A stretch of DNA of 64,000 bases from Catajapyx aquilonaris (taxonomy: Eukaryota), in contig JYFJ02001814.1 of assembly GCA_000934665.2 (NCBI GenBank), positions 1-64,000 of the forward strand. Reading direction: 5' to 3'. This document shows, piece after piece, positions 1 to 9,827 of this stretch. Made by a program: the position numbers and the translations under genes. Under the pieces are notes generated by a model, which saw only the letters and a program-made list of their open reading frames with translations, was not told where the DNA came from and ran no database searches. Position 1 is the stretch's first letter. Each line of letters begins with the position of its first letter.

Positions 1-1768
1 GCACCCCAAAATCCATAAAAAGCACATAAATGTTTTCAAAAGAGCGAAAGAGAGTGTTTTATTTGCAGAACGGTGTAATTTTTGAACCTGGGGTTTTCGT
101 CAATATCTCGTCAACGGTGCAAGATATCGCCAAAATAACGACATTTCACTCCCAAAGGGCCACAACTTTTCATGTGTAGGCCGAGTAAGTGTACTCGCAC
201 ACCAAAAAACGAAAACCCGTAAGTTGCGTCACAAACGCCCCTGGCGGGACCGTAGGATATTAACCCACATGACTCAAATTTTTTACCTGTCAAAAGGATC
301 ACCCAACGCAACTTTTTTTCACTAGCGAACTACAACTTTCGAAAAAAAGTGTTTTTCGAGCCGCCCTAATGTGCATAGAGAAGGCGAACTTTTCGGTGCC
401 AGACCCGGTTCAATATGCTCCGGCCATCTCTTGGATGGTGACTCAACCACTATAGCAACTCCAGATTCCCCCCCTGTTCCCGTCTCGTCAAGTTGAGTCG
501 TATATATGCCAAGGTCACGTTGCTCCCTCCCACTTGATCGTTTATGTAAACATGTTCCCGTAAAGTCTGGACCCTTGGGAGCTTATCATAGTACAGTGTT
601 GTGGTAATATTATGTAACCGTAATAAGAACAACGTATAGTGACTGAGTAAACGGGTTAGGCCTATCGACTTTCTGAGAGCCGGACGATTCTGAAAAGTTT
701 ATTTCCTGGACACCCTGTAGATGAATATTTTCCCGGCATTTTACAATCAAAAGGACCACCACGAATTCAAATGCTAAATTTTGGCGCGAAGTTGTTATTC
801 ATTAATATCACTCCTACATTGAATTTTGAACAAAAATAATAAGAAAAAGAAACGGCCCGAAAACCAGCCAATTGTAGGTTGCCAGTTGTGTCAACTCACC
901 CTTTTCTGACTGCAAGGTGTAAACAACCTGCCAGTTGGCACAACAACTGGACAACCAACAATATCCAGGCATATTCGAAAGTGGGGAGATTTGCAACCCA
1001 CCTTCTCACGTTCGATTCTACGCATTCGACGGGAGTCAGTTTCCGACACTAATACACCGAAAGAAGTGCCTCGATGAGACGATGACAGTGCGCTGTACTT
1101 CCCATCTGTGAAATGAAGCACAGCGCATGGGTAGGCCCACGCACGCAGTTCCACAGCAGCCCGATCAGTATCGTTCGAATTTCTTACTTACATTATTATC
1201 CGCCAGTGCATACGGCCATTTTTCAATAACCATCAGTGACCCGTGGCGAAGGGGGGACAGGCAGGGTGGGCGGAGGAAGGTGGATGGGGCAGAGGGGTCT
1301 TCACGGGAGAGGAGAATGATGCGTCCTCGTTGACGTCCAGCAAGCGACTGAGGCGTTCTCCCACCCATTGCGCATGCTCGGAACGGGGGCCAATCGGAGG
1401 CGTCGTGGTAACAGTGCGTCATGGATACGACGCAGCAACAATGGACGGGGGCCAATGGGAAGAGGTGGCGGCGACAATACGGGGGCGGACCAATCAGAGG
1501 GCTCGGTCGCGCTCCGCAAGCATTTTAATATTATAGATTAGCTTAATAATGACAACTCTGATGACTTAAAAAATCTGACATCACTTTGGCATGCTCCTCC
1601 TTATTATTTTTGTCGTGTGTGGAGCAGATACTCTAAATTCATATAACCATTTTACTTCTCTCAAAGGACTGCAACTACAATGTACATTATTGAATAAACT
1701 TCTGCAATGCATTTTTTTAAATCCATTCCTTGTGGCACAGCTGAACAAAGATATTGACAATGGCTTAC

Positions 1769-1790
1769 CCAAAAAGCAGTAGTTGGCCAT
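1769..1790 (-). CDS. First coding exon (MANYCFLG) of a third vitellogenin/LLTP-like paralog; the rest presumably lies beyond the left edge, or this is an orphan exon
   Basis: The minus strand reads ATG GCC AAC TAC TGC TTT TTG G|gtaagc, nearly identical to exon 1 of the intact copy (17471-17492, MANYWFLG|gtaagt). The 5' UTR at 1791-1900 aligns with 17493-17600. No exon 2 was found in 1-1768. Confidence 0.7.
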
Positions 1791-3133
1791 AGTTAGGCAC
1801 AGTCTTAGGTGTTGGAAAGAAGACTTGAGGATGAGCAGTTGAGCCAAGTTGACCAAGAGTGACCGGTCCGCAAGTGACACGAATCAGTTGCATGCACTCA
1901 CATAGGGGCTGCCAGCAAGAGTGGCTCAAGTGCCAAAAAAATGACAAAAGTTTCGATAAATTGACGAAATATGATTTGAGACACAAATTATTGGGGTCAC
2001 ATCAGATGGAAAAAATAATCTGATATGGATTCATGTCAGTTGTTATGCCATGGGCCGCCTGATAAATTCGCGAGGAAGTTTCTTGGAAGATCCATGTACA
2101 CAAAAATATTATCTTGCATAATAATTATGTAATCTTGCAGCTATTGCGGAACAAACTCGCATCATTGCTTATAAATTTATTTCATTCGATTATTATCACA
2201 TTTGCATCTTGTCTGCCCTAGAAGTATCTTATAGCAGCACTGACATTATTGCCAAAGTACAATATATTGTAAAAAGAACGCGACATTAAATATTTTAAAT
2301 GTCACACATGCTTATTATGCGGGTTTACCTGGACCACAACAATGGCATTTGGGCCAATTGGTATGAAAATAGCGTCAATTGAAAATAAGCATTTCATATC
2401 GTAACTGACAAACGGTACATTGTACTGTATTTAATGTGGGGTTTATTTTGATTACAGAATATATCCGATATTTTCATGTGAGGCTCACATTAAACTGCTT
2501 TGTCACGAATGAGGCGCCACAGGCTAAGCAAAATTATTGGTCGTCTACTGTTGAACGTTACATTGTTGCCTGCCTTCAATTAAGTCATTTCGTTCCGATA
2601 AAAATTTCAGTACCGCAACAGTACCGCAACAGTACCGCGACAGAGTCACCCGATGATGAGATAAAACGCAAATTCCGCAAATTTCTTGATTGAGTGTCCG
2701 TTATAAGCAAGGGTCACTGTAAATGTTTTGCTTTTATGTTACACAATATATTCTAAAGTTACTTTTGTGAATATATTGGGAAGAGGGAGGGAATTTTTAA
2801 TTGTTTCGTCTTAACGTGTTCCCTGAAAATACGCTGCCAAAAATGGATGTTAGGGTTGCACTTGGGGCTGCACATTTTATTGAATCACTGCGCAAAGGAG
2901 TTAAAGTAACATCATGTTTCATTTTATTTCGAAGAAATCAACTCGCAAAAATGGAGCTTCGGTAACAGAGAAGATAATGAGACTACACGTTTAATTACTT
3001 TTTTAAATGTTTCGTGTTACATTTTGTGTTGTGTTTGGCTTATAGCTTTGTGTTGTTTAACTGGAAGGACACCCATATACGACATCTGCAAAACATTTAC
3101 ATCCTCATACTGCTTTGTTGATAATGATTCTGT

Positions 3134-6100
3134 TTAATGGAACTTGGAGAGGAGGCTGCCAACGAGGGACTTGCTGAAGTCGGCATCTGATGATAGATGT
3201 CACGAGTTAGTACTGGTCATGTTGCAATGTATTGTGTTGTAGTAGAGTACTCACCACGACGGTGACGATGCACCTGTGGGTGGCACTCGAAGTCAGGCCT
3301 GCTGCAGTCTCCCTCGGGCAGGGAATAGGCGTAGGCCATGTCCTTTCCGTTGTCCAGATGACAGTGGTTGGGGCCCTCCAACTCGTCGTGCTTCTCGCTG
3401 TCGAAGTTACCACACAGACCGCACTGGTGGTTGCGGTACCTGGAGGACAGGATGGTGTACACATGCTCTCCGTTGAAGTGCATGCCGACCTGGAATGCTG
3501 GCGACCACAGCTCGTAAAAGTTGTCGTAGTGCACGGCCCTGGAGGGAAACACAGTGGGATGTTAATGTACTGTTCAGTACAAAATAATAATGACTGTGGG
3601 TTTTGGTGACAGGCTCTTACTGGAAGAGAGACAGAGCGTCCTTCTCTGGGTACTGGTATCCCTTCCCGCTGGCATCGTGGTCCTCTCCGTCAAGAGTGAC
3701 GCTGGGTGAGGTGCCGTCTTGGATCTCAAAGGCATGTCCGCCAGCGTAGAACTTCAGGGACTGTAAATGTATACGATTGCAGAATTAGTATGACGCTGTT
3801 AGGTTAGTCAAGAGGTTAAGCATAACATTGGCGGTACTCACAAAGTGGTGCTCCTTGTCGGCCTTGACGAAGAGAGCGTACTTGGGGTCATCGGAGCAGT
3901 CGCTGCTGACCAGGGTGTAGCTGTCCCTGATGTCGGTGTTGTAGGTGACGTTGTCGAAGGATGTGACATAGTGAGGACCAACAGAACAGAAACCTGTGAA
4001 GTGACATAATTATATATGTTAAGAAGATTTTTATACACACATTTATTGGGACGTGGGTACTCACCAAGAATTCCAACATAAACTAGATGCAGGGCGTTCT
4101 GGTAGAAGCGGACGTTGCCCATGCTGGGTGGCTTCAGGGGGAAGTGGCTGTAGTCGATGTTCTCGAAGTGGTTGTGCTCCACGTCGGAGTGGATGTGTAG
4201 GTCAACTACTTCGTCGACAGCAGACAGCTCCCGGATGATTGCAATCTCTCCTGGCCCAACCTTCACCCTGCTAAATAAATATGACATACGTATTAATCGT
4301 ACCCACAACATTTCATCATAATAATGCCATCAACATTGTATGCAGTACTGACTTGTTGTGGTGCCTGTGACCCTCGTCGTGAGCGTGGGCATGGTCTTCA
4401 TGTTCCTCTGAGCTGTCATCCTCTCCATGATCATCGGCCTGAGGCTGTAAAAATATTTAGGATTATATAGATTTGTGTTTAATATGAACAGTCGCATGGT
4501 GTTTCTCTGATAAAGACAGGGTCATACCAGGTCATCGACATGATCCACCTGCCAGTATGGCTACAGCACTGTCTTGACGAGAGCCAACCCAGCCCTGTAA
4601 GCTCTCTTGACGGATTCAGGCAGCTGTTGGAACATCAATTAAGTCAATGCTGACTCATTACAAACTGTAGCACTCACGTTATTGTACTTGAGCCTGATCT
4701 CAGTCCTGAGAGGAGTGGTCTGCTGGAGTGCAGCCTCCAGGCAGGCCCATGTGAATGGAGTGTACTCTCCAGGCCATGTCTCCTTGTCCTCCCTCTCCTT
4801 ACGGCACTGGTTGTAAGGCCAGACATTCTTCTTTGTCAGGGCCTTCTGCTCGTGGCTCCTCTTTCCGACGATGTTCACATTGATTCCAGCCTTGTCTTCA
4901 GGACACTTGCTGTCAGAGCTCTCTCCCCAGACCATCCTCACCTCGGAGTTGGAGTTGTAGTACTCATCGTCACCATCATAGGACAGGAAGTCCTTTGGAA
5001 ACTTGGCGTTGTGTTGGTTGGCATCCAAGCAAACGACGTATTCCTTCTCGTTCTGGCCAACAACAGGACCGCGGACAAGCTTCACCTTGAACTCTGTGTT
5101 ATGGTGGAAGCTATCTAACTGGGTCAATGTGGAAACGTCCCACTTCCGGTCCTCGCTCTTGCCCTCGACTCCATCACGGAAGTTCATGGAACCACGGACC
5201 ATGTACTTGCCACCCTTCCAGATCACATCGGATTCAGGGGCTTCTCGGAACTTCACCCTGATGCTGCCCTCGATCTATAAGGTAGTGTTCAATATGTTAC
5301 TCGTATATATACGATGTCGGTTTGAAAAGGTTTCCCTCATATACGATAATTTTGCAATAATACCTTCTGGTAGAGGACATTCCAAGCTTTCACCAGACAT
5401 AATATACAGTTTATAGGATTATCTTGCCTATTAATGAACTTATCCTCTAGGAGGGAAATATTATCAAATGAACATCGCATAACATGTAACGCACCTTGCT
5501 GGTGGGACTCTCGTGATTCTGCATGACGGTGCCGTAAATTCCGCAAGTTTCGCCGCTGGGGCTGGCCCACAAGTATTGGATCAGGTGGTCAAATCCCATT
5601 GCAGCAATGAGAGGATTATTCCTGCAAGAAAATATCAATACTCGTTAATATCGTCTAAACATAGCACCGGATGGCTTTCACTATAACATTACGCGGAATT
5701 TTTGGTGATAAGTTATTTCGGTCGGAACATATTTTTAAAAACTATGTATACTTGACACTCTTATGCTCGGTGCTGAAGGTGTGCTTCAGAAGGTGCAGAA
5801 ACTCTTCATATCCACCCTTCTTCTCACAGTCGAAGATCTCAACATGGAAGTGCTCTCCGGTAAACACGCAGGTGTAGTCAATGAGGGTCAGCTGAAGAAC
5901 ATTTAATTCTTTTTATGCCACAGGTTTAGTTTCATTAATATCTGTCACGTGTATAGAATAATTCTTACCGACTTGCGGGCGTTCTTTCCCTTGCTCACAT
6001 GCTCCAGGTAGTTGCATTCGGCGCAAGACTCGTGCATGTCCTTGTTGATGTGGTGAGAATCCAGAGAATCTGCAATCTTGTTCAGGTGCTCCAAGACCTA

Positions 6101-8118
6101 CGGTATAAGTTGGGGTAATTGCGGCCTGATTTTGATTAGGTGCAGTTTAAAGACATGCAACTTCCTCTGTAATTAGCAAGTCCGAAAAAAGTAATGGCCA
6201 TTACACCTTACTTTATTGGCTTTCAAATTGGCCTATCGCATAACATTCATCTGTGTGGGTGCTCCGAAAATAATTAAAATATGTACGTGGTGCACAGTGC
6301 CGCACTTGCCCCTCGATATGGGGTAAGTGAAACTGTGGAATTCTCTCAGGGTAATAGCCTAAACATTGCGATTGTTGCACAGGATTAGTGCCACAAATAC
6401 ACAAACTTCCTCTGTCGCAAGCATGTCCAACGTCAGGTATTAATTCCACAGCCCCTGTGCCAGAGAGCCAGGTAAAACCCGGCGTAAATGCCCGACATAG
6501 TTACCTGGTCAGGAATCCAGTGAAACTAATTCCGAAATCCTACGACTCAGATAATAAACCACCCGTAAAGTGTACTTGTGCCGATATACGTATATCATAA
6601 TTATAGTGAACCCGGACTTAATCCTATTCTGAAAACCGTTTGTCGCTATATTTCCTGCGGTTTAGGCCCTGATACCTGTCCACAGACAGACGGACATGAG
6701 CCCTTCTATAAGACGTTTTTTTCGATGAGAAAAAATCTAAAAAAATATGCCTAATTTTTACGTCAGATGGTTACTGACCTTCTCAAGAGTCTTCTCCTGG
6801 GGGAGGGTATAGTCGACCTGGGTACCGAAGTACTCCTCGGGAACCTTCAGTTCCTCGACGGTCTTTGGATGCTCTTCATCACTGAAATGGAAGTCCAGAT
6901 GGTCGTGCTGCCTAATCTCACCCTCCAGCTTGATCTCTTCCTGGATGTCTCCGAAGCTCTCCAGGAGGATGGTGTGGCTGCAGGTACAGGTTGGCAAGTT
7001 AGTCTTATAATATTCTAGTGACAATATTCGTTTGTCTAAATACTTGATGAAGCTGAACTGGCTGAGACCGGCATTGTCGAAGGGACGGAAGATGGTCTGG
7101 GACATGACGTCGATCCTCTTGACGTGCTCGTGTCCATCCTTGTCCTCCACGTGGTAGGTCTGGAAGCTGCTGGAGTGGACGGGATCCTGGAAGTAAAATC
7201 TCATCATGTAGAGGCATTGTCATTGTTGTTAAGCTGATCCTTGCTATTACATTGTTGAGGTTGGAGGTGGGGCAGAAGTGGCCATCGTTGACGCAGCGGG
7301 AACGGAACACCCTGTAGTGACAATCGTGGTTGTGACGGTGCTTGCGGATCACCCTGGTGTGCTCGGGGTCATCGGGGCAGGGTCTGACGTCGTAGTTGAC
7401 GGGGCAGTTGCCATGAATGGTGTTCTGGAAAATCAACCATTCAGCAATGGAACAGGAGGGGAAAGAAATCTTCAAAAAATGCATATGCGTAATAATTTCA
7501 TGGTGCTGACCTCGTCAAGAGTGAAGACCTCGTTCCTCTTCTGGAGAGACTCGAGGTGTATCTGCAGAAGAGTGGCGATGATGGCCTTCTTCATGTTGGT
7601 GGCCCACTCCTTCTCCTGGGGGACATCCACAGTGGTGACCTGACCGTTACCATTGTAGCTGATCCTGAAGGGATGGCTCATCTCGGAGGTCAGCTCGGGC
7701 TTGGACACGAAGGTCATCTCGGGGTAGTGGTTGAAGTCGTACTTCCCGTTGTAGGTGGCCATCGTGATGTCGTCCAGCTGAAGGCATCAAGAATGGGGCG
7801 TTAGTGCAATTGATGATAATTACTCTGATTGCATTTATCCGTCAAGCTGACTCACCTTGACGACAACATCGTTAGCGTGAGCCTGGATGCGAAGGATTCC
7901 GCGGTATGCAAATGCAGATGCGAAAGTGGTTGGGTCCAATGCTCCAGAGGTGGAATACACTTCATAGCTGTACTTGTACTCCTTGCCGTCATGGAAGATA
8001 TGCTCTGACAATAATAATATTGAATGTCAATGCTGTATACATTACCTTTTAACTGGATTTAACAATGATGATGATGCCTTACCCAGTGCAGCGACGTTGG
8101 CCACCAGGAGAAGCGCAC
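3134..8118 (-). pseudogene. Vitellogenin/hemelipoprotein-like LLTP paralog, disabled
   Basis: Exon-by-exon paralog of 9828-17492 (N-terminal IFHDGKEYKYSYEV; vWD motifs FCSVGPHYVTSFDNVTY and CGLCGNFD; last exon DADFSKSLVGSLLSKFH*). No ATG exon was found upstream of exon 2 (8083-8118). There is an in-frame fusion at ~6037 and a premature TAG at 4561-4563 (VL*PYW versus LLYPYW in the paralog). A vWD Cys is replaced by Ser (RDSYTLV versus RDCYTLV). Confidence 0.82.
6100..6750. mobile_element. Probable non-autonomous transposon insertion in an intron (Helentron/HINE-like features)
   Basis: This intron is ~680 nt, against ~85 nt for the orthologous intron in the paralog (14731-14815). It contains an ACAGACAGACGGACATG microsatellite-like motif and a terminal TTTTTTCGATGAGAAAAAA hairpin. 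The family assignment is inference. Confidence 0.45.
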
Positions 8119-9097
8119 CTGATAATAATTAAAATGATAAGTATTCCGATTAATCTCACTTGCTTATGACAACCTTGAGGTCGAAATGGCACGGCCCTGA
8201 CATGGAATGATATGGGACAAGCAAGATGGGGACAAGTGACACTAGCTCCTTGCATCCTTGGCTCTGACCCTCACTCACCCTGGCCCCATCAATCTCTCCC
8301 GCTCAGATTTGAAGTTGGGTTCATTTAATGTCGGAAAACGCAATGAACATTATTAATTATTCAAGCTTATGCACACGAACCATATCACATGACACATTAA
8401 GCTACGGAAAAAATCTTATCTCATGAAATTATCAAGATAACACATATTTTGTATATAATGAACATGGGTGGGGATACCAGGGGCGTGGCCTTGTCGCCAT
8501 ACACTGCCAAATGGTCATCTTCTTATTACATGTCGACGTCCCTCTCCATTAACAAAACATACCAGCAACATTAATTTCTAGGACTAAAAATATCGAGGAG
8601 TAATTTGCTGTGCAGAACGCATATTGCATAATTATGAAGACCTCGGGGGAAGAACGGTCAAGGTCCACTTTTTGTCAAAAATTAATTACATAATTATTAT
8701 CTAATAAGATACTTACACTAGTGTAGAATATGATGGTTTGGTCGTAATAGTTGTGGAGTAGTGATCACAGGTCACAATGGACGGCCCCGAAAGTTATATA
8801 TGCCCCCCCCCACCCAAAAAAAAGGTAGTCATTTAGGTCCTGGAAACGGTCAAAATAGGTAGTAAAAATTTAGAACCTAAAAATCCGTTATTTACTCATA
8901 ATATGTGGATTAATGTCTGTTGCTGTGTCAAAGGCCTGCTGATAAATTCGCGAGGAACGTTCTTTGGGGGGGAGGGGGGGATTATATTTTTGAAATAAAC
9001 GTTCGGATTCGGTAATTTGACCTTAATTTTTAGTTGCATTTTGATTGCAGATAATATCACTTTAAACTACTATTTCTCAAATGAATCGCCAGCTAAA

Positions 9098-9184
<87 letters not shown>
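9098..9184. repeat. (ATT)n microsatellite
   Basis: Uninterrupted run of ATT repeats, ~85 nt. Confidence 0.97.
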
Positions 9185-9827
9185 GTTTAGCTGGCTCATC
9201 ATAGGTCCATAGTTAGACATACAATAATTAAATATCATTGGATGTCTAACTATAAGGACCTTTGCACTGAAACCTGGATCTAGGTAACTGCAAGAGAGTC
9301 ATACGGTCCTGCATTAAAATTTCAGTAATAAACAGGGTCCATTGAATGGGACTGAAATTTTTTAAAAGTCATACTACGTGTACGATGAGTTTAAAATACC
9401 GTATATATTCTGCTACAGACAAGTGTCCATAATCAGTGTCCGTTATAAGTCGAGTTCATTGTAAATTTTTTCATCTTATATGTACAACATTTATAATGCT
9501 ACTTTTGGATATAATGCACATATTTCGTCTTAACCATTTCCTTGAAAAATATTCACATTAGGGGAGCACATTTCATTTAATCAATCACTGGTACTGAAAG
9601 GTAACTCAAGTAACATCACGTTGCATTTTATTTCGAAGAAATCCACTCGCAAAAATGGAGCTTCGGTAACAGAGAAGATAATGAGACTAGACGTTTAATT
9701 ACTTTTTTTAATGTTTCATGTTACATTTTGTAGTGTTTTTGGCTTAGTTTTGTGTTGTTTTACTGGAAGGGCACAATATGACATCTTCAAAACATTTACA
9801 TCCCGATACTGCTTTGTTGGTAAGCCT

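Noticed and set aside
1..720. Transposon ends (TAGGGCGGC-like at ~368; TACAGGGTGTCCAG at ~706-719, both minus strand)
   Set aside because: Only one terminus of each is visible and there is no transposase ORF, so boundaries cannot be supported.
8279..8324. Replacement first exon for the middle LLTP copy (ATG...|gtgagt, phase 1)
   Set aside because: It contains an in-frame TGA, and the region is homologous to intron 1 of the intact copy.
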